NCBI GenBank assembly: GCA_951406725.2
Contig: OX597814.1
Coordinates: 174,716,001-174,780,000, forward strand
DNA: 64,000 bases
Direction of reading: 5' to 3'
Source: Octopus vulgaris
Taxonomy: Eukaryota
Part shown: piece by piece, positions 1 through 11,793 of the stretch
Position numbering within the stretch: the stretch's first letter is position 1
Layout of the letters: the number at the start of each line of letters is the position of its first letter
The notes under the pieces: model-generated
What the model saw: only the letters and a program-made list of their open reading frames with translations
Told to the model about the DNA's origin: nothing
Databases searched by the model: none
Program-made: the position numbers and the translations under genes

Positions 1-379
1 TTCTACATTCTCCATTCATTTTTATATAATAAGTAGATTTGATTTGAACATTTGGAAGATGAAAGCATAGTGTTACAAACTCCATAACAACATGCTCAAA
101 TAAATCAAAATATCAGGTAAAGAGAAATGTATTGAAAATTATATGGGCACTTTTTTTTCCATTAATGATTAAAAAGATAAGCATAGAAGCGTTATTATGA
201 GAGATCTTTGGAATAAATATAATAAATGAAAGTGTAGTGGAACCATAAGACATTAGTAATTAATTAGATGGGGTTATCAGTTAATCAACTTAATCACTTA
301 GTGGATTATCCTACAACTGTGCTGCAACAATGTAAACAAATAATACACCCTACCATACTGGAGAAAACCCCTCAGAACC

Positions 380-605
380 AACTGTAGTTATTTTAGCACT
401 GCAACACATGCAAGATGTGTTTATGAAGAAGCCAAACTCTCCCTTATATCATATCCTACCATCTTCAAAAAAGAGTACATTAGATAATGCTATCCTAGAT
501 GCACTATATGCAATATTGAGATGGTTATGACTGGAATGCCTTCGAACATTGATCAGTTTGGTCAGTATTGACCTGGGACTAAAAAAGCACTGACACTCAA
601 CAAAA
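380..605 (+). repeat. Old dispersed SINE-like repeat (family G)
   Basis: The motif string GGATAATG..CTAGAT..GGAATGCCTT..GACCTGGGGCTAAACAAC recurs at ~13380-13580 (+), ~47390-47530 (+), and on the minus strand at ~15085-15150, ~22690-22880, ~29850-29960, ~54675-54870. Boundaries approximate. Confidence 0.5.
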
Positions 606-1074
606 CCTTCACCTCTTTCAGCAGCACAAGGACTCAGTTGCTATACATATCAAGGAAAGGTTTCTTCCTACATTCTCTACTCTTGAACAACATATTATTA
701 AAACTTTGAAAGTCACTACAAATGCTAAGCCTGATCATCTCTGATCTTTCATGGTGGCCTTCCCCATATATTATCAAAACTACATGACAAAAGCTAGGAT
801 TCTTCTTTAGAGAGAGAAATTACTTCAGCCCATATGTTGACTTTACTCTCTAAAGCTCAAGTAAGACTCACATCTGAGTACATTTCACATGTGTGAGATG
901 TGCTGCTACTGTACACTCAAATAACCAAAAGAAACTATTTGAATGACTGGTTAAGATTCCTTCACTAAAGCACAACCACCTGTTGCTCACGTTTGCTGTT
1001 TCTTGTTACCTTCTACTACTGTTATCTCAGCCTCTGCAGCTCTGAAATAGTTTTAGTTGTATACCCCTTATTTA

Positions 1075-1639
1075 TTGGGTTGTCCAGAAAGTTCGTGCCG
1101 ATTTTTAAAGGAAAGAAAAAGGTCAATAAATACTTGCCATTACATTTTTAATCAACCAAATATGAACCATTTTGTTGCACAATGCATCTCCATCTTTCCT
1201 TTAACTTGAAAATACCCTCTTCCCAGAATTGAGGTGGTTCATGGCAAAGAATTCATCAAGGTATCTTTTTACGTCATCCAAGGATTTGAAATTTTTGCCA
1301 TTTAAGACTATTCTGCAGAGACCTGAATAAGTGGAAATTCGAAGGAGCAATATCTGGTGAATATGGAGGGTGGGTAACACATCCCAGCCGAGCTGCAGCA
1401 ATTTTTGTCTGGTTCCCAAAGCATCAAGTGCCGAAAATGAACTTTCTTATCTTCCATTTTAAAGGGTTACAGAATTAACAGAGGTTATAGGAACATAAAT
1501 CTTCCTCCATGAAAAGGTAGCTTAAACTGTGCTCTAAATGGAGGTGTAGTCAAATCCTATTTTATAGACTCAACCGTGTTCTAAAATAAGTCGAAAGGTA
1601 AGCTACTATTAATTGGCATGAACTTTCCAGACAACCCAA
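1075..1639 (-). mobile_element. Internally deleted mariner (Tc1/mariner) transposon with a C-terminal transposase remnant
   Basis: ~30-bp TIRs (TTGGGTTGTCCAGAAAGTTCGTGCCGATT ... AATTGGCATGAACTTTCCAGACAACCCAA) with TA on both sides (1073-74, 1640-41). The minus strand at ~1200-1419 gives, with frameshifts, QKLLQLGWDVL-HPPYSPDIAPSNFHLFRSLQNSLNGKNFKSLDDVKRYLDEFF, the mariner YSPDLAP region. Confidence 0.93.
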
Positions 1640-2219
1640 TACATCCAGCTAACCTAGCAAAATCTCAAATCTCAATCCCTATACTAATCACTGTTCCCAA
1701 TTCCACCTTTAGAACTGCATCTTTCTGAAATTCCATTCCCATCCATGATTTTCCTGCAGACATTTACCAACAGATGTTCAGCCTGAACATCAACCATATC
1801 AAATTTGCCTTCTAGAGATGGCTTTCAAAGGACTAATTTATAATAAATCATCTGTAATAAAAGTATAGGAAATGTACAACAGCTGTTAAAAAAAAAAGTA
1901 ATTACTGAAAAGATTTGAGTAATTAGCAAGGTAGTTATTGTAAAGCTAGTACAAGTTTAGTTAGATTTGGTTGAAATGTAGTTTGAGTTTGAACAAGTAC
2001 ATAGAAATTCAGGTGTTATATTTCTTATAAGAAACTGAGAGTTCTTATCCAAAAACAACTTTATGCTTGTTAACTTTGTGAAAACTTGGGAAATGGAACC
2101 AATATTCTATAATGTAAATGGTACATGACAGCTGTACTAGTTCTATATGAGAATCCTTAACAATCAAAATCAGAATTGGCAGTAACTTTAATGGGAATTG
2201 TCCACCTAGATTCTATTTT

Positions 2220-2930
2220 CCTTTCTTCATAAGGTTTTGCAGAAATCACACAGTATAGCTTATGACTGGTTGTTCTTCAAAATATTTCTAAAAACAAAAA
2301 TGGGTGGGATACATTGAAGATAATTGGAGAAGAATTGAGTTAAACATTTAGGTTATGTGGGGATGGTACTCATTTAGTGGGAATGGTATGTAGTCAGTAA
2401 ATTTAGAAGACTGGAAGTAATTTTTGTAATGTTAGAAGAATTAGAAACACATTAAACTAATGAGTGCTAGGAGAAAAGTTGTTGGGAAGACTACAAACCA
2501 CAAAACTTTTCTGCCAATTGTCAAAAAGTGGTTTAAACGCGTAGTACATCATGATACTCTAGCTCTGGCAAATATGGTCATGTATACCCTACCTCATCTG
2601 TAAAAGAGGTTTAGGTAGACTACAACAAGTCTGGTCGAGTAATGTCAGTTAATGGACAGGGAGGATGATGGTGGAAAAGCTTGATGATGACCAGCAAAGT
2701 TGGAGGAAGATGAGGGTGTCAAATCTGTTATCGTGCTCTTATGGTTTCCTTAGGGTATGGATTTTGATTGATTGTTTGAGAGGAAGAATACAAATGACTA
2801 ATGGGCAAGTGGTTGTAGATTCTATGAGAAAGCTTCTGAATTGTGCAGTTCGGTTTGGGTGGAGGTACAGCCTTGAAAATATGTGTTTACACTATCCCAG
2901 ATGGGTGCTCAGTTACAACTTATAAAATCA
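2220..2930 (-). mobile_element. Possible heavily decayed LINE reverse-transcriptase fragment
   Basis: Higher-GC segment; the minus strand gives ILCDFCKTL*, resembling the RT motif (Y)xDFxKAFD. Very eroded. Confidence 0.3.
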
Positions 2931-3606
2931 ACAATAGTTCAGGGATGAGATATTTTATCTGATTCTGATAAGAAAAATTCAAATTTAAAAGTATTTCCCA
3001 TAATCAGGAGCTAGAATAGCATAAATATATATGATTAAGCCTGTAATAAAATATCTAAACATTGCATCTGTAAATAAGCTATTAAAATTTGGCTGATATT
3101 ACTTAATATTTTAAATTTATTTTAAATTTTTTTTCTTTACACCTACATTTTTGTATTTGAATTTCAGAATATGTTATCTGAAATGAATTATTATTATAAT
3201 GTATTTTAGTAGTTGTATTTTCCCAGATCAAGCAAAATAATGGTTAGGTCTAGTTAGTACTGGAACAACATTTACAATTATCTCTGTTCTACCCATCAAT
3301 TATTATTACCAGGATTTTCATCTTATTGCTATGACTACAACCATAAATCAAATTTTATTCAATTTATATTCACCAATGTAAATTTCAAAATATAATTAAC
3401 ACTTCTCTAGTTATAATAAATGGTTTTGTTAGTGTTAAAATGAATTCATCAGTTCTGTCTTCTTTGTGTAATAGGGAACTGAGAAAACTCCCCTCTTACC
3501 TAGTGTTCTGAAAATTTAAATCTATGAATATCACTTGAAATCTTCACTAAATTCACTTTCCTAACACTGTTAACATTGATTAACTGAAGCAGTTGCCTTC
3601 TCTAAC

Positions 3607-3836
3607 TTAACCCTTTCGTTACCAACCTGGCTGAAACCAGCTCTGGCTCTGTAGTACAAATGTCTTGTTTTCATAAGTTTTGAATTAAAATCTTCCACCA
3701 AACCTTAGTCACAATTTATGTTCCTAACACTAGCTTAATGATAACTTAAGTTATTTCACTAAATTCTTTGTTATATTTAAAATAATTGAAAGAAACACAG
3801 AGCATCTCAAAATAAATATGGCAATGAAAGGGTTAA
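3607..3836 (+). mobile_element. piggyBac-type MITE (family M1)
   Basis: TTAA-CCCTTTCGTTACC ... GGCAATGAAAGGG-TTAA; TTAA duplicated at 3607-3610 and 3833-3836. A second copy lies in reverse at 47527-47755. Confidence 0.9.
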
Positions 3837-4519
3837 TGTTCTGGCAAGAAGAAAACACTTTTTGTTTTTCTTTTTAGGGCTAACTGCCATTAGATAATGA
3901 TGTAGAAGAATTTGATATTATTTCCAAAATGGAGCTAAAGCTAAAATTGATAATCACTCTCCCTTACATTCTTCCTATAATGGATACAAAGTGGAAATTC
4001 TATTCACAGTTTAAATACATCGCTAATTGTAGTTTATTTGTTATAATTTCCAGATTAACATGGGTGGAATGAGATTGGATGGAGCAGTTAATTTTACAGC
4101 AGGATATTTTTCAAATAATTAGCTTCTCAGAGTGAAGTAGTAGTACTGTTTATTGGCAGCTATACTGAGACAAGCTGAGTTATGTGCCTTGCCTAGGGAT
4201 ACAACTTTATAGCTGTACTGGTTAGGTGCTGATCACAGAATCAGTAGGTAGTACAGCATTACAACCTCTCAGCTAATCTCTGTCTTTACACATCTTTATT
4301 TTTCCAATGCGTTATTACTGGAATAGCTTTAGATTTCTGGTCCATTTTACTCTAATTCTGTACAGTAGACAGAAGTACAAAAATGTCATCACCATTCTCC
4401 TCCTCAATATTGCAATGTATTTAGTAACCCCTGAATAAGTCACTCCTGAATAAACAGACCTACAATGAAAGATTTTCCATTCGTGACCACTGTATCTCTT
4501 TATCTTTATTATATGTATA

Positions 4520-4952
4520 CTCTTTTACTTGTTTCAGTCATTTGACTGTGGCCATGCTGGAGTACCGCCCTTAGTCGAGCAAATCGACCCCAGGGCTTAT
4601 TCTTTGTAAGCCTAGTACTTATTCTATCGGTCTCTTTTGCCGAACCGCTAAGTTACGAAGACGTAAGCACACCAGCATCGGTTGTCAAGCGATGTTCAGT
4701 GGGGACAAACGCAGGCATACAAACATATACACACACACATACATACATACATATATATATATACATACACACACATATACATATATATGATGGGCTTCTT
4801 TCAGTTTCCATCTACCAAATCCACTCACAAGGCTTTGGTCGGCCTGAGGCTCTAGTAGAAGACACTTGCCCAGGGTGCCACACAGTGGGACTGAACCCAG
4901 AATCATGTGGTTCGTAAGCAAGCTACTTACCACACAGCCACTCCCACACCTA
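4520..4952 (-). mobile_element. tRNA-derived CORE-type SINE (family A), full length
   Basis: On the minus strand: head GGAGTGGCTGTGTGGTAAG..GGGTTCAGTCCC (A/B boxes), CORE-like CCTGGGCAAGTGTCTT, internal (TA/TG)n, tail ..GACTGAAACAAGTAAAAGAG. Many copies in the window. Confidence 0.88.
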
Positions 4953-4961
4953 TATATAATT

Positions 4962-5205
4962 TTATGCATTTGTAGAAGGATTTTTTTCAAAAGGTTAAGA
5001 TTGGGAGAAGAACTTTTTGGAGAGTGGAATAGTGCTGACCTTTGGGAGGGAATTTCACAAATTGTATGTAGGCTTTAATGAATTATCACAGCCTACACAC
5101 AATTTGTGAGGTTCCTTCCTAGAGGTTGGTACCATTCTGCTCTCTAAAAGATTGTTTTTTTTCTTAATCTTCACTTTTTGAAAATAATCTTTCTCTAAAT
5201 ATTAT
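4962..5205 (+). repeat. Long fold-back inverted repeat (candidate hairpin RNA)
   Basis: 4984-5074 pairs with 5090-5184, with weaker pairing outward and into the loop. Differences between the arms are dominated by G-U pairs on the + strand. Confidence 0.9.
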
Positions 5206-5243
5206 AACTGTATCAAGTAATTTCCTAGACTCTCTCTCTCTCT

Positions 5244-5246
<3 letters not shown>

Positions 5247-5292
<46 letters not shown>
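5247..5292. repeat. (TA)n microsatellite
   Basis: Perfect dinucleotide run. Other long runs: (TG)n ~6964-6996, (TA)n ~19806-19877, (GT)n ~40197-40240, (CT)n ~62231-62303. Confidence 0.95.
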
Positions 5293-5294
<2 letters not shown>

Positions 5295-5795
5295 TGGCTG
5301 ATGACAGTACCGCCTAATTGGCACCCATGCTAGTGGCACGTTAAAAGCACCATTTGAGCATGATCGTTGCCAGTGCCACCTGACTGGTTCCCATGCCGGT
5401 GGCACATAAAAAGCACCATTCAAGCATTGTCGATGATGCCAGTGCCACCTGACTGGTCCTGTGCCGGTGGCATGTAAAAACCATCATTCAATCATGGTCA
5501 TTGTCAGTGCTGCTTGACTGGCTCCTGTGCCGGTGGCACGTAAAAAGCACCATTCACGCATGGTTGATGCCAGTACCGCCTGACTGACCCTCGTGTCGCT
5601 GGCACATAAAAAGCACCCATTACACTCTCAGAGTGGTTGGCATTAGGAAGGGCATCCAGCTGTAGTAACTTTGTGAGATCGGATTGGAGCCTAGTACAGC
5701 CTTCTGGCTTGCCAGCCCTCAGTCAAACCATCCAACCCATGCTAGCATAGCATGGAAAGCGGACGTTAAACGATGACAATGATGATGATGATGAT
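5293..5795 (+). mobile_element. RTE-clade LINE 3' end (tandem ~66-bp units plus (GAT)n tail)
   Basis: Five GTGGCACGTAAAAAGCAC-containing units, then GGAAGGGCATCCAGCTGTAG..CATGGAAAGCGGACGTTAAACGATGA(TGA)n. The same UTR is joined to RTE coding sequence at 44481-45681. Confidence 0.85.
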
Positions 5796-6169
5796 GTATC
5801 AGGTCAATGAAGGAGAATCTCTCTCTGGGGAAAATAATGAAGTGTTTGTTCTCTCAACCTTTGAAAGTTTATGTTCTATCAACTAAGACAGTTCCAATTG
5901 TAGCTAGTCCTTGTATTACAACAACTTTTGAATTGTAGGGGTAGCATAGCTCTGAGTTCATTGGTCTATATAGTCCATTTTATAGAGTGATGTTGTTACA
6001 ATAATTTCTTCCCTGTAATGTAAACTATTTTGACAACTTTTATTTCATTAATTGTAACAATTTTCAGAGCTTTCATTTGGACAGAGTTGAGCTGGCTGAG
6101 TGTATTTTGTGTGGTGCATTTATCTAATATAGACAGGGTTAATCCACATTACTCCATAAAGAGCATAGG

Positions 6170-6380
6170 GTTAGTTTCTTGATTTTTCTGGCATATATAT
6201 TCTTCTGTGGACAGGACACCAGTCATCACTGGATTACTCATTTTTATTAGCTTATTGGACTGGAGCGACATGAAATGAAGTGTTTTTGCTCAAGAACACA
6301 TCACCTGGTCCATGAATTGAAACTACAATCTTATGATCATGAGTCCAACACCCTGACCACTAAACCATGCACCTCCACCT
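6170..6380 (-). mobile_element. tRNA-derived SINE (family E), decayed
   Basis: Reverse complement matches the head GTGCATGGYTTAGTGGT and the CTTGAGCAARACACTT..GCTCCAGTCCA block seen at 41950 and 55509. Another copy at ~20980-21150 (-). Confidence 0.65.
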
Positions 6381-6960
6381 AAGATAGATAGACATGCACC
6401 ATAATGTTTGGGGCTTGTGTTTTGTAGTTGGTGACTTGTCCTCCTGTCTCTAGCTTGCTTATGATTTTGCATAGTGTACCAAACTTCTGAGTATCTTTGT
6501 TACTTATGAAGATGTAAATTCTGCAAATACCTGATTGCTGTCTGTAGCTACACCTAAAATATCTGACCAGATTATCTGATGCAGCTTCCCTTTTTACAAG
6601 AGAGTAGTGTGTGATTTGAGAAACATTTGGCTACTATTTTCAGCAAGTTAAGTAAACATATGGAACCCCCATCTTCACTGGTTCATGAAATCTAAACAGA
6701 TCCTTCTACTTTGGCTGAGTTTTTTCCCCCTTTTTGTGTGTGTATATTTTTATGTTGATAAAGCAAGGAAGTATGGCAGATTGCTACAATTCAACCAAAG
6801 ATATTTTCTGCTGTCAATATATATTAGTAGCATTCATTCACATCACGTTTTTGTCTCCCCTGCATACATCACCAACTGAAGATGTCCTTTAAGACTCGCT
6901 TGTCATTTCAGCTTATTTGTGCTTGCCTTTCATGCAAGTTATTATGCAGGACACTACCAA

Positions 6961-6997
<37 letters not shown>

Positions 6998-7616
6998 TTT
7001 TGTTAATAAAGTGTCTCAATCAGTAAAAGTATCTGATTATTTTAGTGGTGGCTGTCTTTAATTAACATATTGTTAGCTTCTGGGAGAAAAAAGTAAAAGG
7101 AGAAACCAAGGAACATGTTCTTTGTACATTACTTCCTTCATTTCTTTCTCTCTTTTTTTTATTCCTGATATTTTCTATTACAACTTTCTGTCATCAACCA
7201 CATAACGTGACATGAGAAAAGCATCTGTTCAACAATACTGACTGGCCTATCTGTATTTGTAAGGAGAGATAACTTGACAAGTGGCCAGTATCTGATTCTA
7301 GTCATAGGCTTGAAAAACTGCACTGTACTGGTGTAAACATTATAAGCTGCAGTTGTAATGCATAGCTCATTTATCAAAGTTTCGCTATTGATAATAATTG
7401 CATAATCTTTGAAAATATAAAAAAAATAACTGTGTATGATTTTGTGTGTATTTGAATTTATTCAAACTATGAAGTACAACATCAACTTTGGGTTTGCTGA
7501 TGCCTCAGCCTGACAATAGTAATTGTTAATTCCCTTCTAAGCTTTCATTTAAGCACAGTCAAACCTTGTAGAGAAAAAGAATTTTGAATTTTATGCCAGA
7601 TTTGCAAATCTGTATG

Positions 7617-7834
7617 TTAGTTTAAACCGGCCATATCCGGCCCAAATTTTCTACTTCTTTTATGGTCAAACCATCAAGATCTGGCCTCTCACTCATATCC
7701 TACAATGACATCCGCAAAATAAACCATCACATCATCAAATTCTCAGAGCTACAAGATAATGCAGGATTAACTCAAAACAATGTGAATGAAAAAGCATTAT
7801 ATTTGACAGAGTAATCTGAATGCTAAAGGGTTAA
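7617..7834 (+). mobile_element. piggyBac-type MITE (family M2), left end eroded
   Basis: TTTAAACCGGCCATATCCGGCCCAAAT ... GACAGAGTAATCTGAATGCTAAAGGG-TTAA; homologous to ~35255-35710 and 59834-60275. Confidence 0.8.
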
Positions 7835-8242
7835 AGTAGCATAATACTACTACAAGCAATGGCTGATACTGCCATAATGCCTGGTCTTAGTCAAGCCTAT
7901 CAGTTTCACTAGTGACTCAAGTCAATTATAAATATAATTTATTAAGGTGAATAATTTCAATTTAATCTAATGATATTACCCAGACTTGAGAGTAAACTAT
8001 GCAGTTTATAAATTATTTTCAGATTAGTTAGCTCACATCATTAGTCCTCTAGATAGAGAAGTATTAATTCTGATGATGTCAGTTGTTCTAATGCTGTTGA
8101 TATAAACTTCCTAACCCATTGTAAGCATGTATTTTTGAATGTGAGTAAACTCAAAGTTCACCTGTTCTTCTGCATTTCAAAACTCAATGTTTTACATAAG
8201 AATAACTTGACTGGTGTCATAGTTTCACTTAATTATAATAAA

Positions 8243-8938
8243 TAATAATGAAATTATTGTATACAGTGCTCAGGTGCACCACAACTTGTCGAAAAGTGTG
8301 TATAAAGTATATGCAGTAATGTACAAATGTCTGGAAAGTGAACAGTGTATGAGTCAGATACATGCTTGCGTGTGTGTGTGGAGGGGAGAAAATCAGGTGT
8401 AGTGTTGGCGAATCTCAGGAAGCATGGAAGTTTTGAAGGATGCAGTGCTCCGACAACTAACAACTGATGCCGGCAGTCTGTTCCATGCTTCAGCAACTCT
8501 TAGTGTGAAAAATGTTTCCGAAAGTCATGGGAGCTGTGCTGTTTTCTGACTTTGTAAACATGTCCACGGGTGTTCGACAGGTGGAGTTTGAAAAGGTGCT
8601 CAGAGTTATTGTTTGTAAGATGGTTAACAATTTTATGGGTATCTGCTAAGTCAGCTGCCAGACGTCAGAGTTTCAATGTGTCCATGCCCAGGGAAGTAAG
8701 GCGTTCAGAATATGGCAGATGTCTGATGGAGGGTATTCTCTTGGTTGCACGTCACTGAATGGCTTCCAGACGATTAATATCCTGGGCAAGATAGGGGTTC
8801 CAGACCGGTGATGCAAATTCCAGGTGAGGTCGTACCATAGCTATATAAAGCCGCAGATAGATAGCCGGAGAGTGGCTCACAAAGGACTTGGTGAGTGATG
8901 CCTAGACACCCTCAGCCTTCTTGGCAATTTTAGCAATG
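8243..8938 (-). mobile_element. CR1-clade LINE, 5'-truncated 3' end of ORF2 plus UTR
   Basis: Minus strand translates as LYIAMVRPHLEFASPVWNPYLAQDINRLEAIQ*RATKRIPSIRHLPYSERLTSLGMDTLKL*RLAADLADTHKIV, typical of the CR1 ORF2 C-terminus; in-frame stops; (ATT)n-like tail. Confidence 0.9.
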
Positions 8939-9999
8939 TTTTATCAAGCCTTATTTGCAATTATAATATTTTAAAGTAATTTGCTTATGGTAATAGGGGA
9001 AGTGATTGTCTTTACATGCCACCAATATGAACTTGCATTCACAAACTTGATTTGCCCCTTACTTAATTAACACCCAATCAATGTCATGTTTATTCATTGT
9101 GTAGCTTGTGTAATGTCTGTAAAATTCACTGTTTACATTACCTTTTGAAAAAAGGTAAGGCATTAAAATTAAATGGTTTTTGAATGAAAATTGTTTGTAG
9201 CCAGTGATCTTACACCAAGGATTGAACCATCTGTGACTTAATTGAAAATTTAACACTATTACTACTAAAGGAGTCAACATTATACAAGAAATGAATGTAT
9301 CCAAATAATAATTTATTCCAAGCATACATTCTTATGAAAGAGTCAATATATTTTTTTGCTTCTCTACAGACTGGCCTACAGACTGTTATTGTTACAAATA
9401 GACTAAGTCTCTTATCATTCAGGCTTTTACCAGCAGCTCACAATAATACTTTTATCAAGAACTCTAGAGGACTACAGCCCTTAGTAGTTTTTATCCACAA
9501 AGCATCTCAACATTTCAACAATCAGTGACTGTACAGACTAATTATTGCAACTCGTTATATCAGCCATGATAAAGAGCTTGTTTACCATTTATCTAATGAC
9601 TGGTTCTGTAGCCCTGCAAATAGTCATTCTTGGAGAAAGCATTCATACCACAGCTTGATTTGAGTCATATAGCTTATGTATCTTTCATTTCTCTACACCG
9701 ACTAAACCAACTTTGATAAATTGCATGAATATTGAAATATGTACTGTTGTTCAATTTACCTCCATAAGCCATTTTGCACCTATTGCAATCACATGCCGTT
9801 CTTCAGCCTATACAGCTGATAGTTACAAGCCATTGCAGCTTACACATTGTTCAACTTCCATCACATCAGCAGAATATCCTTCATTTAGCTAGTCTTAATA
9901 TGAAGCACATGCTCAATTTAATAGAGGTGTCGGTGCTGATGGTGAAATGGTTCAGTAAGAGACCATACCACATCATATCCCAATCCATATGGTCTGTTT

Positions 10000-10185
10000 C
10001 ATCATCATCATCATTTAACGTCCGTTTTCCATGCTAGCATGGGTTGGATGGTTTTGACTGAGGGCTGGCAACCAGATGGCTGCACCAGGCCTCAATCTTG
10101 ATCTGGCAGAGTTTCTACAGCCGGATGCCCTTCCTAATGCCAATCACTCCGAGAGTGTAGTGGGTGCTTTTTATGTGCCACCTGA
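10000..10185 (-). mobile_element. RTE LINE 3' tail fragment
   Basis: (CAT)n-TTAACGTCCGTTTTCCATGCTAGCATGGG..GGATGCCCTTCCTAATGCC. Confidence 0.85.
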
Positions 10186-10711
10186 CTATCCAAATCAGTA
10201 ATTTCTGCCAGTTCCCATAAGAAAATATATTTATTCTTTCTTATCTTTACCTCTGCAGAATCATGTCCTCCAAAACATGCAAGACTTTCAAAATGAACAT
10301 GTATACCCATATATAAAATTTTACCTGTATCAACATTAATATTTTTTTAACCTGTTCTCACAGTCTTTCACAGTAAACACTTTGAACCATTGTTTATATC
10401 AGTCTGAATTTAACTCACCACTTAAACTGAACAGCTCTAGTGCAAGGTGGGAAAAGTACAAAATCACTGTGTAGCTACCAACTGCATTTTCTCTACAATT
10501 GGTGACCTTCATATGCTTATAGAAAAAAAAGTGTGTTTTTTTTTGTTTTGTTTTTTGTGTGGGTGGGGTGCAGAAGTTGCAGTGCAAAGTTATATACATA
10601 TATTATTTATTTTCCACTTGTTCCATATTCAGTGCAAGCCTTGTCCAATTCTAAGTGGTGCCATATTTATTCAAAGTAATATAAAAAAGAGGATTTTTCA
10701 TTGCCAGCCTC

Positions 10712-10894
10712 GTCTGGCACGTAAAAAGCACCCACTACACTCATGGAATGGTTGGCATTAGGAAGGGCATCCAGCTGTAGAAACACTGCCAGATCAGACT
10801 GGGCCTGGTGCAGCCTCCTGGCTTCCCAGACCCCAGTTGAACCGTCCAACCCATGCTAGCATGGAAAGCGGACGTTAAACGATGATGATGATGA
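10712..10894 (+). mobile_element. RTE LINE 3' tail fragment
   Basis: Same tail in the opposite orientation, ending in (GAT)n. Confidence 0.85.
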
Positions 10895-11490
10895 TTTAAA
10901 GCAATTCAAAATCATATAAGCAGCAGGGTGTTTACATGAAATGTAAGTGGAGATTTGAATTTAATCAGCAATATGGAGTTTAGAGCTGGTTAATTTACTG
11001 TAGTAAAAATGAAAGGCAGTAAACCTTTTTTGTTTACAGGAACTGGCAGAAATGAGTTACTGCATTGGGTATTCATGCAGCTAAGTATTGAGACTAACAG
11101 AATAGAGAGTTTTGGTTTAAAGTAGAAATCCTATTGATGTAATAGAGGTTGAAATATGTGTGAGTATAAGATGCATAAGCTATAAATGGCTTGTGGCTGT
11201 AAATTGTGCAGCTTTTCATGTATCAATATTCTTACAACTTGTCATAGTTAGAAATGCTAGTTGTGTGAGCTGTTTTACTCAAATCAAGCTGTGATATCAA
11301 AAGCTGAATGTGTGAACATTCTCTCTGGGCAACATGACTATCTGCAGGGCCAATATTACTAGTCAACAGAGAAGTGATAAATGAGCTGCACATCATCAAT
11401 CATTGTTTATGGTTCATTTTCCATACTGGCATGGGTTGGATGATTTGACAGGAGCTGGAGAGCTGTCCAGGCTCCATTTATCTGATTTGG

Positions 11491-11793
11491 AGGCACATGG
11501 CCTAGTGGTTAGAGCAGAAGACTCGTGGTCGAGCGATTGCAGGTTCGAATCTCAGACCGGACGATGTGTGTGTTTATGAGCGAAACACCTAAGCTCCACG
11601 CGGCTCCAGCAGAAGGCAATGGCAAAACTTCCGCTGACTCTTTCGCCTCAACTTTCTCTCACTCTTTCCTCCTACATCTTGCAGATCACCTGCGATGGAC
11701 CAGCGTCCCGTCCAGGTGGGGAATCTATACGCCAAGAAATCAGGAAACCGGCCCTTATGAGCCAGGCATGGCTCGAGAAGGAACAAACTACAA
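11491..11793 (+). mobile_element. tRNA-derived SINE with a V-domain-like block (family D), inserted into an older RTE tail
   Basis: A box TGGCCTAGTGG, B box GGTTCGAATCT, CCTGCGATGGACCAGCGTCCCGTCCAGG (resembles the V-SINE domain), (AAC)-type tail. Perfect 16-bp TSD CATTTATCTGATTTGG at 11475-11490 and 11794-11809. Confidence 0.88.

Noticed and set aside
3878-4075. Possible exon after the strong acceptor ttttctttttag
   Set aside because: Stops occur in all three frames within the first ~20 nt and no good donor follows. It could only be a UTR exon, which I cannot support.
5293-5616. Regularly spaced repeats resembling a CRISPR array (also 44640-44960 and 51037-51281)
   Set aside because: The whole unit is repeated with no unique spacers, there are no cas genes, and the context is eukaryotic. 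These are an RTE UTR tandem array and a minisatellite.
10259-10300. Possible micro-exon (ctctgcag|AATCATGTC..GAACAT|gtatac)
   Set aside because: Weak donor and no homology evidence.
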